A stretch of DNA of 63,446 bases, counting the filler, from Reticulomyxa filosa (taxonomy: Eukaryota > Protista > Foraminifera), in assembly GCA_000512085.1 (NCBI GenBank). It is 20 parts of 20 records of this genome, joined end to end, with 100 filler letters (N's around TTAATTAATTAA, not from the genome) between each part and the next. Parts side by side here need not be neighbours in the genome. Positions count along the whole stretch, not along the records: positions 10,363 to 12,971 come from ASPP01012802.1; positions 13,072 to 15,011 come from ASPP01016231.1; positions 15,112 to 16,855 come from ASPP01005631.1; positions 16,956 to 20,433 come from ASPP01004977.1; positions 20,534 to 21,849 come from ASPP01035521.1; positions 21,950 to 25,134 come from ASPP01021574.1; positions 25,235 to 33,037 come from ASPP01000520.1; 13 more parts are not named here. One strand, given 5' to 3'. Each line of letters starts with the position of its first letter. The stretch's first letter is position 1. Below are positions 12,887 to 26,047 of the stretch, piece by piece. Both the position numbers and the translations under genes were made by a program. A model generated the notes under the pieces. That model was not told the DNA's origin. It searched no databases and saw only the letters and a list, made by a program, of their open reading frames with translations.

Positions 12887-13071
12887 TTGAAATATCTTCA
12901 CTTTATCTTTTTCTTTTGAAAAAAAAATTAAAAAAGGGGCCTGATACGTATAAGGTTTTGCTTTGGGGGGGNNNNNNNNNNNNNNNNNNNNNNNNNNNNN
13001 NNNNNNNNNNNNNNNTTAATTAATTAANNNNNNNNNNNNNNNNNNNNNNNNNNNNNNNNNNNNNNNNNNNN

Positions 13072-14700
13072 AACAACAATCGCAACAACAACTCCAAAAA
13101 AATTCGTCGCCGCCGACAGATAGTAATGGAGTTCCAAGAAGAAAAAAATAAAGATTTGCTGACATTGCGAAAAGTGAAGACGATGTCGACATTGTGAAAT
13201 AGCAACGGTGGCAGCAAAGAAGTGGAAGGCAAGGAAGAAGATAGCGGAAGTTGTTACAAAATAATCACGTAATGCGATCGAGCAACTTGCAAATCGGGAG
13301 AATTGTTCCATATGAAAGTAGCCAAATTTGTGGAGAAGTAATGCGGAACTCAGTCAAGTGAGAAGATGAAGAAGACGAGAAAAATGAAGAGAAAAAAAAA
13401 ATCCCGCTTTGGACTTATTAAAAAAAAACCAACGTCGGCCGCCTTAGTGAATTTGGTTATGAAATTATCCTTCATAATGGAAACGCGCAAAGTCGCCACT
13501 CGCGGGCGTGTGCTAACTTCACATAGCGCCCCAATGAAAGATGCAGAACGAGTGACAGCCAGAAATATTTGAAAAATTGTTCGCCATCAGCTAGGCACAA
13601 GTCTCTACAGGTAATTGTTGGCTTGATATAGCACCAAAGACAATGTCGAACTGCGATCTGCCGACGCCAACAAACAAATGAACTCGATTGTTATAGAAAT
13701 AGCAGTAATTTTATCAACACAGAAAAATAATCAAAAGTGGTCGTGTGCGTGCGAAACTTCGCAACTTTGAATTATGAATTGTGCATATGCCGACAGGAGC
13801 AACAAATATGCACAAGAAAGAAAAGTAAATAAATAAGAGTGGTAATCAATCTACCATCGGATCGCAATCGAAACTTTGGTCGCACTGGAAATGCTCGCGC
13901 AAAGTGTGTATATATCGTCGCAATGGAGACTATATTTTTCAAGTGCGAAGTCCATCTGATCTCGTGGAACAGTTGACAAGAGTTTCCCAGATCAATCCAG
14001 GATAATTGGGATCTTGGTGCCGCAAAAGCAGGCTCTCAAGAAGAAAAAAAAGAAAGACGTAGTGGTGATATTGCGCAAAGTAGAAACAATAAAAACATTG
14101 TGGCGTTCAATAGCGGATAGAAGAAGTGGAAAGCGATGAAGAAAAGGTCGTGGAAGTTGCCAGGAAACTCTGCATTGGGAGAATCCTCAATGATAGTTCA
14201 ATTTGGTGGAGGAGTTTCGCGAAACTCCGTCAATCAAGAATAGGAGTATGAAAAGATAATGTACAAGTGTATGGCAATTCAAGCGATAGTAACACGGGCA
14301 ATTGGAAAGAATTTATTCGTCATCAACATAGGTTAACACAAATCTCTACGGATAATTGTGGCGACACATCGCCAAAGAGGGCTTCAAAATGTGATCTACT
14401 CGGTGTTATGGAAATGGCGCCAATTTTATTAAAGCACGGCAACAATTGGGACGCAGAGATTAAGAACTAGTGTCGAAACTGGTCGTATCGGCGCTTGTTC
14501 GACAGACGCAAGGCACGCGATTCTTGCAGCGATGGCCTCCAGAATTGACTGTGGACTACGGACAGCGTGTTGGATGCGATGCAATACTTTGTATTCGTTG
14601 CATTATCCCAGCACTTGGGAGAAAAATGAAATACAAATCGCCAATTTGTATTTTTTTGGATTTGGATTCGAGTCGAAATTGTGAATCGCATAGTGAACTT
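13072..14700 (+). repeat. Second degenerate array of the ~880-bp zinc-finger-like repeat
   Basis: gggagaat motif at ~13297 and ~14177. The segment 13870-14020 aligns by eye with 9340-9490. KWSC and HWKCS remnants are present. Confidence 0.6.
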
Positions 14701-15200
14701 TGGCAGAATCGAAGATCGTTGAACCATGGCACTCGAAAACGTCAAAAACAAATACGTCATCAACAAAGAAAAAGGAAATACGAATAGTGCCCTCCATCAT
14801 TGGATTGCTCATCCAAATATTGTCGAATGGATGCAAAAATCTCTAAGAACGTCCATTATTCAACGTCAAGGTGTGTCCATCATCACAAGAGTGATGAGAG
14901 TGGAAGAGCTTCGTATTTTGAAAATATCCATCATATGATGGCATTGGTGTAGTTGCAAAAAATTGTTCCAGTTCAATCGTGGACAATCTTTCTTCTTGGT
15001 AGGCTTGATTTNNNNNNNNNNNNNNNNNNNNNNNNNNNNNNNNNNNNNNNNNNNNTTAATTAATTAANNNNNNNNNNNNNNNNNNNNNNNNNNNNNNNNN
15101 NNNNNNNNNNNAAAAAAAAAAAAAAAAAAAAAAAAACAAACAAACAAAAAAAAAAGACTACTGGTGCAACAATGAGAACCCAAGAATAACAACAAATGTA

Positions 15201-15458
15201 ATGCCGATAAGAGAGAAACGGAACGAACGGAAGCAAAAAATTGGGGAAAATACAAGCAACGCACAAAATGGGAACGCAGCAAAAGAAGAAATAAGTGATA
15301 CAGTATTGAGAACAAAATTGTATGGCAATGCACAAGGGAAGGTTACATTAAAAGAAGAAGAAAGAGAACGAGAGAGAATATCAGCAATGGCCAAATTGCC
15401 ATTTCGCGAGTGTATTGAAGCATACACACTGCGGACAAGCAAAGATAAAGGCAATAGC

Positions 15459-15489
<31 letters not shown>

Positions 15490-16817
15490 GCAATAGCAAT
15501 AATAACAATAATAGCAATAGCAATAACAGCAGCAACATTAAAGCTGATATAAAAAAAGACACAATTACAAGTACACCTATGGCAGTTCAACCACAAACGA
15601 ACGAAACAACAGTGAGCCACGTCACAGTCTGGAAACAAAAGGAACTATCCTCTCCTAGTGTCACTGCTGGCACCCCCGACACCACCGACGCGAAAGAAGA
15701 AAGACCACCCGTATCACATGTCGAGTCGACAAGTCCCTTCAAAATGAGTTGATTACAAATCTTTTTTTTTCTCAATACAATTTATTACAGATATATACAT
15801 ATATATATGTATATACATAAATATATAAGTATATGTATATACATGTATAATATTATGTTGTTGTTTTTTTTTTCTTCCCTCCCTTTCCCCTCCCCTCTTT
15901 TTTCCCTCTCTTCCTCCCCCTTTTTTATTCCTCCCTTTGCAAATACACATACGTATAAATAATAAAAAAAAAAAAGAGATGCAATGGAAACAAAAAGTGC
16001 TGTTTGACATGTCGCAAAAAAAAAATTGCAACGCAAACGAAATTCGAGTGAATGTGGAGTTGTTGCAGTACTTCCAGTTCACTCTGATGGACATTCTGTC
16101 CATTGCAGGTGACGACTTTGTGATCTCGCTGGCACTGGATAAACTGGGGTCTTGCTATTTGCAGCAACTCTGTGATCAGTGTGTCCCTCCTTCCTCCAAA
16201 CACACTAATACTAATGTGGCCACTAGTTTATCCACATCCGAATCCTTGTCAACACCAGCACCAACACCAACATTAACATCAACATCAACATCAACATCAA
16301 CATCAACATCAACATCAATGTCAATGTCAATGCTAATGTCCATGTCAAAGCGCGAATCATCATTACAACAAAATCAACGTTCGAATCATGACCCCCGATC
16401 CTCTTTCGCATTTTGTCCTCGCACTGCATCCAATCCATATGAAAGTACCACTACTGACAACAACTCTTGTAACAAGTCCGGTGAATTCAAAGTTTCTAAC
16501 TTTTTTTTTTTTTTTTTTTTGTTCCCTTGGCAACACATACACACATACGCACACAAAAAGACACATGATAATGATGACGATGATGAGAAAAGTAAGAAAT
16601 CGCATTTGAATGGGGATACAACAAAGTGGACGAAAAGTGACACTGAAGCGATGGTGATACAACAGCAAGAGCAAGTAGAAACCATGCGCGCGTTGTTGCG
16701 GGGTATATCATCTTGCATTCAACTACTTTGTACTCACAAGCACGGCAACTACGTCGTTCAGAAAGTGTTGGAAGCCACCTACGGCAATAATAAAAATTCA
16801 CTTCTTCAAAAACTTGG
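15201..16817 (+). CDS. Pumilio/PUF-repeat RNA-binding protein fragment with low-complexity inserts
   Basis: LLCTHKHGNYVVQKVLE is a canonical PUF repeat (NYxxQ). LALDKLGSCYLQQL is a degenerate repeat. Poly-N and (TS)n tracts are present, with T-rich introns near 15750-15975 and 16490-16560. Confidence 0.78.
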
Positions 16818-16820
16818 TTT

Positions 16821-16855
<35 letters not shown>

Positions 16856-16959
16856 NNNNNNNNNNNNNNNNNNNNNNNNNNNNNNNNNNNNNNNNNNNNT
16901 TAATTAATTAANNNNNNNNNNNNNNNNNNNNNNNNNNNNNNNNNNNNNNNNNNNNGTTT

Positions 16960-19900
16960 ACGTATATCAAGAGATATGAAGAAGAGATGATAAATTGTGT
17001 GTGTTATGGATTTTATTTAGAAATGATTTAAAAAAATAATAATATAGTGTATTGAAAAATGGCAAAATGGATGTAATGGTAAATACTCAACTGTCGAAAA
17101 GAAACTACAGCAGCTGGGAGCAAGTATCGATTGTGGACGTTGCCTATGATCAATTGTTTCGGGTACATCACTGGCACAAGCACGAATTCAACCTCCACAT
17201 TATTTGCAAATTTGTTTTGTCCAAGCTCGCTGCACCACTCAAGCAAGTATCAATTGCAAACTTGCAGAAAGCCAAATTCGTCCAAAGCATGTCGTCCACA
17301 ACTTCGCCACAATTTTGAATATTGTCCAATGTTGAAACGTTAAGTCCTTTTTTTTTTTTTTAAGTTCCTTTTTTTGTTTAAGAATAAATAAACAAAAATA
17401 GATAGTGCCATTGATGAAATGAACAAAGGACAACGTATACTTCTGCAATTGCTGGCACAACATATGATGGCAAGTTTGTCGTTGCCATTCCATGGCACAT
17501 ATATGCTTTTGATCTTATAGAGGCGCTGTTAGCGCAAATGAGGAAAGTAGTCACAACGCAGCTGACGAAAAGTTGGCCGTAGTGTCTATCCTCTTGTGCA
17601 AATAGCACTCCATCATCAAGGCATTGATTTCATAAGGCACTTAGCCATCAATGCAACATTTGGACAAATTGGCCTGCATTGCAATATTATATTCATCCAC
17701 AAATCTCCAATTCAAATGCAAATATTTACTTACACTAAATCTCAATTGATGCCAATTCAAATGCCAAGATGCCATTCATACTGCCAAGTTATTATTGTAT
17801 TTTTCTTTGTCGTTTCTCAATAATACATTATTTTGTTGCTTGAATTTGTATATAGAAAGTAATTGTCAAATATCGTGGAGCAAGTGGCATTTGAAAGATG
17901 AATAATATGGCTACTTAATGTGGTCTGCAATGCATTACAATTCCAAATGGCCAAGAGAAGGTAAGTCTTATGTTTTTCATTTATATTCGATTCATAAATA
18001 TGTCTTGGATAATCGTTTGTAATATAGCAAGCCAATTGACGAAAAGAATAGAATAATATGAAGTAGCAACCACCCCCGTCTCCGCAAGGAGAAAAACTGG
18101 TTTGTTCTATTTGCTTTTTTTTTAAGATGTATTTAAATGTTTTATGTTTATGATATAGGTTCCCCGTCCTGCCAAGATTTAACTTATGTACCTCCCTCCC
18201 CTCCACACAAAAAAAAAGATAACTAAGGGGTTGAAGTCTACCCCGTTTGCGAAAAAGAAAAAAAAGGTTTGTATATGTTTTTTTATTTATGTATACCTTT
18301 GTTATAAAATGTTTGTGCTTTTGATAAATAGGAATTCCTCCTCAAATACTCTATCTATATTTGTATATGTATTTTATTTGTTTATTTTTTTCACAATAAA
18401 AAAACAAATTAATGGATTTGAAGTGTTTATCATAGGAAAAAGCTTAATTTGATCGTGTCCAAATGATAGTTATTAAAATATTTTGTTTGTTTTTTAAAAA
18501 AGTATAATTATAACTTTTTTGTGTATGCACACATGTATCCGGTGCAACGAAAAAAGTTCATATCTATGCGTTATTTCTTTGATTGTAATTGGAAAAAAAA
18601 ATAAAATAATAAGGGATAATAAAAATAAAAAGGATGAATAAAAAAAAATGTACAACAAAAAAAAAATGATTGAATAATAAAAAAAAAGGAATTAATAAAA
18701 AGAAAATGAATAATAAATAAGAAAAAAAAAAGGGAAATAAAAAAAAATGTAGTAATAAAAAAAATTGATGTAATAATAATTAAAAAAATAAGTATAATAA
18801 AAAGAAAAATGTGTTTGAAGAAAAGAAATATTTTAATAAGAAGAAAAAGAATAAGAAAGAAAATAAAGTGGAAAAAAATAAATGAAAGAAAAAAAAGAAT
18901 AATAACGATAAGAAAGAAAAAAAGAATAAGAATGAAAAATTGTAATATAAATATTGTTTTTAATTTTTGTTATTGAAAAAAATAATTTGTGGAACGCGAA
19001 GATATCAACCCAGTTAAGTTATTTTTTTAATTTGTGCTTGTTTTAAAAAAGCTGAAATACTTATCATATAATAGAAACAGAACTTCAGATCCTATTTGTG
19101 AAGAAATTGCCACGACGATCAAGTTTTCAATTTTGGACTTTGTGGTTTGAGCCCAGCCTCTATTAAATTGCTCCACTTTTTTACAACAACATCATCTAAG
19201 ACGTGCCAGTGCAGAAAAATAACGCGCATTTGTTGTATTTCATGAAGCTCCTGTGAACAAATATATAATTCCATCATTTGATTTAATATTCAACAATATG
19301 CCGCCAACGCCTCTCGAAAGCTATGATCAATTGTAAACATCAACTCAAAAATCCACACAATTACAGTAACGACAATCGCACCATCTAACACAAACAAAAT
19401 ATATCATATATTCGTTTGGGCAAACTATACCAAAGAATCTATGCTTACCATCAACTCGAATAAACATGAAGTGTTTTTGATAGTTGCATGCCTACGAGTT
19501 GAATATGATATCCAAAACCAAATCGTAAGCGCCCAAATATCGCATCAAAAGAAGAAAAAGGTCAGTCGGTGGGATTAAATGGGACAAGTAGTTAAATCTC
19601 TTTCTTTAATAATATACAATTGGTGTGTTATTCTTGTATATATACATATGGATAGATTTGAATAACAAAAAATATCATCCAGAAGAAATCGTTAGAATAT
19701 ATGAATAATTTGCACAAAGTTGAGTTGGTATATTATACCCAATCATGTTTTGACTTTATTTGCACTGCCTATGATCAGTGTGAGCATCTCTAATAAGTTG
19801 TGCTACTCAAATAACTAATTTATTAACACGTTAGGCAGACAAATAAACTGGAATCAGGCTCAGTAATCTTGGGATGGTTCCACAAATTGGTCAATTGAAT

Positions 19901-20430
19901 TGCCAAATATTAAAATATATCCAGTGTCACGAGTCACCACCGAGGATGACAAATATGATGTTGGTCCAATCTATCGACAAAATGCAGTACAATTGCGCCG
20001 TTATCAAATTCAATCCCTTTTGTATATCGCATCAAAATTCAAAATTTATTGCTTTGTGGTAAACTCTCAATTCAATTCAGTTGTTGTAATATGTAACAAT
20101 GTGGACATAGACATTTTCATTGTATAGTTCTTCAGATTTGTAGTGAAAAAAAAAAGAAAGAGGAAAAGGAAGAAGAAGAATATATTAACGAAGGAAAAAG
20201 AAAAAGAAAAGAAAAAAAAAACAGTCAATGGTATCATAAACATATGGATTAATTTAAGGAATATCACAAGTGCTAATGAATCGTGCAAGATGAACTTACC
20301 GATGAAGCAAGTGGACAATGCAAATAAAGAGAATCGATGCAATTAAGCAATAAAAGGGTGTTGATATATGTCACCAAAATTATGAATTGTTATGAATGCT
20401 ATTAACGGAAATGAAACGGAGTGGCAATGG
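16960..20430 (+). pseudogene. Decayed intron-containing coding region related to 3170-7790; possible SWIM-like finger remnant
   Basis: Many stops. YFCNCWHNI*WQVCRCH lies near 17437-17490. Exon-like 18160-18265 (PH.K.N..GVE..P) resembles the reverse complement of 6760-6860, and a long A-rich tract follows in both copies. Confidence 0.3.
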
Positions 20431-20533
20431 ACANNNNNNNNNNNNNNNNNNNNNNNNNNNNNNNNNNNNNNNNNNNNTTAATTAATTAANNNNNNNNNNN
20501 NNNNNNNNNNNNNNNNNNNNNNNNNNNNNNNNN

Positions 20534-20572
20534 TATGTTTTAGGCGTTCAGTTTTCTTTGCAACCTACTGTA
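20534..20572 (-). mobile_element. Tc1/mariner-type terminal inverted repeat end, copy 1
   Basis: The reverse complement reads TA-CAGTAGGTTGCAAAGAAAACTGAACGCC. A TA target followed by CAGT is typical of Tc1-like elements. It lies at a contig edge. Confidence 0.7.
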
Positions 20573-20759
20573 ATTGAATTGTTTTTTTCAATGCAAAAAA
20601 AAATAAATATTGTTATTGTTGTCAAGTAGGGTTGGTAGGAAATGATTTGCTTTATTGATTCAAATGCATTTGAAAGAAGAATTAAAGTTAAAAAAATATT
20701 TATTATTTTTATCTTTCTTTTTAGACAATTTGAATTAATTTGCTGTTTGTTGTTTTTGT

Positions 20760-21775
20760 TTTTACAACGACTAAAATATATTAAATCGACGAGCGGTGCA
20801 GGTGGTGGAACTGCAAATGAAAAAGAAGGCACGTATAAAAATGTGAAGCAAATACTACTGTCTCGGAGAGAACGTTACAAAAAACTGCAAAAAAAAAAGT
20901 CAATGTGCAAACGATATCCAGAAAATTAATGTAGTGGCTCTTCCATGATGAAGCACATTAACAACAGCGAATAGCTTCAATGTGAAAGATACATAGTACA
21001 ATCTCCAATCAAACAAATTGGCGAACTTTTCCAAGGCGAGATGTAAGTCAAGAAAATAATGAGTGCAAACTTGTGTTGATCAAAGATTATTAGAACCAAA
21101 CAAAACAATTTGAATAATCTGTCTTTTGAAAATTGATTGAATGCTATTGTAACACGATTATGCCAATCTTTAAATACACTTCATCCAAAGAATGAGTAAG
21201 GATTCAAGCCTATTTAGTTGCTTCTTTCAAACTAGGTGATTCAAGTATTGATAAGAACAAAGAATGGTTGAAAGAATATATTAAAATGCAACTAAGTTAA
21301 GGAATAGCGAAAGCAGTGAGAGTATGACACATTTGTATTGTAGTGATAATAATACATTATCATCTCTTCCTCCTCGTGAGGGTAATGTATTATCAATTGT
21401 CCAATTCAAACGCATGCACAAAATTGTTAGTTGAGAAGTCACAATGTGGAATATCGAATTCGTTTGGGTAGTGTTATTTATGAGTGGTTTAGAGATCAGG
21501 AAGGCAGGAGTTTTGTGTTAAAAAAAAGAAATTACAATGCAGCCATCAATGAAGAAAAGAGTAACATGGTGAAAGGTGGAAACACATTAAATAAACATTT
21601 ATCAAAAATTCCCAGTCATACAGAATTAATGAAAATACTTTCGAAACAATTGAATGTTGAATATAATGAAGTGTATAATGGAATAGCAGTGGAACAAGCT
21701 CTTGTTGCAAAAGCAAACAATCAAACTTATTTTCAATTATCTCTTAATTCAACTGAGCGAGTCCATTTTTGTTAA
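20760..21775 (+). pseudogene. Decayed coding sequence of unknown family
   Basis: Coding-like fragments (STSGAGGGTANEKEG, RIRLGSVIYEWFRDQEG) are interrupted by stops and frameshifts. Confidence 0.3.
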
Positions 21776-21949
21776 TTTTATCAAACGAAGTTTCCCAAAC
21801 TTATTACAAATATCAAACAAATTGATAAAAAATGGATTCAATTTTATTTNNNNNNNNNNNNNNNNNNNNNNNNNNNNNNNNNNNNNNNNNNNNTTAATTA
21901 ATTAANNNNNNNNNNNNNNNNNNNNNNNNNNNNNNNNNNNNNNNNNNNN

Positions 21950-22124
21950 TGATTTCATCCAACAAAAAAAAGTTATTAAAAAATCAATATCATATTTAAA
22001 AACTACAATACTTGTAGATGTTTTTTTAAAAAAAATAGATCTAAATGTTGATTTTTCATTGAGAAAATCAATTATCATCATAAGATATGTTTTATGCGTT
22101 CAGTTTTCTTTGCAACATACTGTA
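21950..22124 (-). mobile_element. Tc1/mariner-type element end, copy 2
   Basis: About 135 bp is near-identical to 38170-38302 and ends in ...gttttctttgcaacatactg-TA. The flanks differ after the TA. Confidence 0.75.
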
Positions 22125-22960
22125 TATAACTTCTTGTCTATGTTTATTGGATTAAATCAGTACTTGCATTACTATCAAATCTTACAATCTGAAGTACGTA
22201 GTCTGAAACAATGAAACGACAATACGAAAGTGATAGTCTTTTTTTTATAGAATTTTTTTTTGGATAACTGTTCCAAATAACGCAAAACTAATCATCATTT
22301 TATTCAGATTATAAATTTCAGTGATTTCTACAGCCAATTTTATTTTTTGTTTAGATCTTCGTATCGTATGCGATCCATTATGTATTGAAGCTTCTGACTC
22401 TTTTTCCAATTGATTCGCCTGATTTCAATAGTTTTTTGTTTAATTATGACAACGTTTTGTGTAGTACGTTTTACAACACATTGTTTCTTCATGCGGAAAA
22501 TCGATTATCTCTAAATGGCCGTTTTAGGTATCAACGTTCTTTTGCCTTCTACTTAATGAAACGTAGTAAATTGTCGTTTCCTTGGAAAAGGGTTTTGAAA
22601 AATAAACGAGTTTTTAAGTTAAGAAAAGGGAATGTTTGCAGTCAGTTATGACACTATCACCTACTCACCAATTAGCATGAAATTTTTAGAATTCATCTTC
22701 TCAATCCGTTTAATAACAGAAAAAAATTGAATTGGGCTAGTTCTCTCTAGTTTAAAGAATGACAAGGCAATATTCAATCTGCTGCATTAAAGAAGTTTTT
22801 TAAAACATTGATTATTCAAATCTCGCTTTAACAATAATTTTTTTTCATTTAAAGTTAAGATGAAAATATTTTTATTTTAGTTTATTTTTTGACCAAGCAT
22901 TTTGTTTTTGAAAAGTAAACAACTTATCCCTTTTCGGGGAAAAATGTTTGAGAATATTTA

Positions 22961-25080
22961 TTATTTTAAGTAAACATTTCTCACTTTTTGAGCTTTTTGT
23001 TTTTGTCTTTGCTTCAACCATTTTAAGTTCGCCTTTAAGTTGGGCTCGGTGCTATTTCCATTACCAGGCACACCTTGCTGGTTTAGACTGGCAATTGAGA
23101 AATCAAAGTGGTTCTTGATTGAGCGCGTTTTTGTTTCCAATCGATTTGCTTTTTGATATTTGTTGTGCGATTTATATGCAGGACTCGCACTGTGTGAAGT
23201 TTCATTTTTCTTCGTTAGCCATGGGAGTGTATATGATCTGTTCTCGTCATCTCTGTGCTGAAAAGCTTCTGTGTTTCTGTCTTTTTGTCTTTCGTCTTGA
23301 AATCTTTTCAAACTTACTGTCAAAATAAAAAATCATATAACCAAATCATCCAAACTTTTCACAAATTATAAAAAAAAATAAAATCTAAGTTAAATAAACA
23401 TGAAAAATATGTTACTTTGGTTTGTAAGACAAAAAATTTACCATTTTTTGACTGTTTCATTATTCCATTCGAATGGTAAATCTTCTTTACTTCCTTATTA
23501 CTAGAACAAAGGAGATGAGGTATCACAACAGTTGGAGGCTGGACACTTCCTGCTTGTTTTTATCATAGTTTTATTTTTGTTTTCTCTGTCCTAAGTTTGC
23601 AAAAGTTCAAATTCAAGTTTTTTTGTTTTTCCCTTTTTTTTTTGACATAGCATTTTCACTCAACTAGATCTGTTGCGGTCAGGTATTGAAATATTTTCAG
23701 TATTTCTAGGTGAGATCAAGTTAGGGTATATGTTCGGCTTTGTCGTTGCATCTGTTTTGACACGTGTCTCCGAAAATTTCTGAAACACAGAAACAGATTG
23801 TGCAGTTTCACTGTTTACAGAAAGTGACACAATACGCCTCCAAACTCTCCTTTTCCTTTCTTCCCTTCCCATCTCATAACATCAAAAAAAACAAAAAACA
23901 ATGACGATACTATATTACATACATTGGACTCTTGTTCTTTTGTTAATGGGAATATCCATGAGTTTTGTCGTTTCAAAGCTCTTGGAGGAGTTAGTTCCGC
24001 AAGTACTTTTTGTCCAAATTCATTTTGCTGTTCAACAACAAAGCTTTGATAAATATTTCAAAAAAAAACAACAAACAAACAAACAAAAAACTGGAATAAA
24101 TAACTTCTTTGAGAGTGTGCAAATCGATAAATTGTGGATTCGCGGTGGCCGGAGTGGCTCCAGTACACTGACTCTGGAGCCACTGGTCTCTTAAAGCGAG
24201 CTGCTCCACTAGCTTTTGTATTGTCAAGTCTTTTTGTCGGATCATATGCCTACACAAGGTGTTGTTATCTTCCAGCGTAATCTTGTCGATTTGAAGTTTG
24301 TGCACTCGATATTCCATTTCGAGCGCTTTCCGTGTCTCTTTATGTTCTGGTACACCTAATTGTGCAATCTTTTCATTACGTAGTGACTCCATCTTTTCGT
24401 AAACTAACTCTATCTTTTCCACTATGCTTTTCTTTTCCGTCTTTTTTTCAGTTAGTTCCTTTTCGATTGCGTCACTATGCGATAAGTCCATTTTTACAGG
24501 ATGTTCGGTCAGTAATTCTTGTTCTGTTGGTGCAATACCCTTTTGCACAGCTTCGTTGACTGAAGTACCGACATTTGGTATATTATTTGCAAGAGTCAGT
24601 ATTTTTTCTTCGCACTCCACAGAGCCCGCTTCAACACCAGTAAGGTGGAAAATTTTTCAGTCATTTCCGCTCGTATCTCTTCGATAAGTTGTCGCTTCTT
24701 AGGTGATACCATGCCAAGGAACTTTGTTGCAGCTTCACGGTCATGGTCTTTACTTAGACTATAATCTGCAAATGCTTGTGGAATGAACTTTTGATTTTCA
24801 AAGGCGTGATAACGATCCTTTAAGCTAGTTAACTCTTTTTTCAGTTCATCAATTATGTTTTTGTATTCGCTGATATGTGCCTCTACTGTAAACACATTTT
24901 TTCGCAAATTGGTTCGAATATTTTTTGCTCGATTGGCATATTTCAATGTGTTCAACGTGTCGTCATAGGAAAAATCTGCGGGACTTGCATTTGCGATCAT
25001 TATCGTTCTGCAATTGCCACCCAGTGACTCTTTTAACAATCTGGTTAATTTACTGTCGCGATAATTTATAAAGCTTCCTT
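22961..25080 (-). CDS. Kinesin-8 family (KIF18/KIF19-like) protein, C-terminal part, spliced
   Basis: [60 protein letters not shown] is followed by a neck coiled coil ([16 protein letters not shown]). There is a homopolymer frameshift near 24650, and further short exons run down to 22961. Confidence 0.88.
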
Positions 25081-26047
25081 TGTTTTAGTTTTTTTTGCTT
25101 ACACAGTTTTGAAAAACAGTTCAAAAAAAAAAAANNNNNNNNNNNNNNNNNNNNNNNNNNNNNNNNNNNNNNNNNNNNTTAATTAATTAANNNNNNNNNN
25201 NNNNNNNNNNNNNNNNNNNNNNNNNNNNNNNNNNGTATTACATTTAGTACAGTTCTCCGTAGCTGACTCCCCACAAAACTATCATTAAAAGTTGATTAAT
25301 TTGACATCACAGTCCGACAAATGACATATTTATCAAAGTTTTTTTAATTTAACAATAAATTGTTAACAGGAAACAAAATGTATTTTTGATTTTATCGATT
25401 GTGCAAATAATAATTTTTCAATAAAAAAAGCTTTCGTGAAAGCTGATTGATATCATAATTTATTATTCTGACAAAAAATAATTTCTTTTTAAAAAGAAGT
25501 GTTGTGAATGTAAATGAAAATAATATACATTTAATACTTTAATATAATACTTAATTACAATAAATATGAAAAAAATATAAATGTAATGACCTTGACTTGA
25601 GCAACAATTAGTTATATTTTCAAGCAATATAATCAATTCTAAAATCTAATTATATGTTCTTATTTCAACACATGTATAACACTTTTTATGATAAAACATT
25701 TGCAATTTTGTAATGAAATACTGTTAAGAATTGATTTTTCACATTTGTCATTGAAAGAGTTAGTAAAATGCATTTTGCTGTATTAGTCAACAAAAGAAAA
25801 GATTGATCTCTTTTTAAATTTCATGCATTTTAATTTGATAGTACTATGAATATAATGAAAAAATTATAGACAAACATATCTATTTTCTTGGTAAGCTTTC
25901 TATTACATTTTTAGAAAAGTACAACATTAACACTTTTTAGAAAAAAATAGATATTTCATTTTATCTTTGGCTTCTCTAACAAATGAATTTTTTTAACGTC
26001 AACAAGTCAAAATTCGCTGTTAGCACCCTTGTGCCAAAAAAAACATA

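Noticed and set aside
21220-21350. GDS and CIVVI fragments reminiscent of a PP2C phosphatase
   Set aside because: The fragments are too short and degenerate, and the other PP2C metal-binding motifs are not visible.
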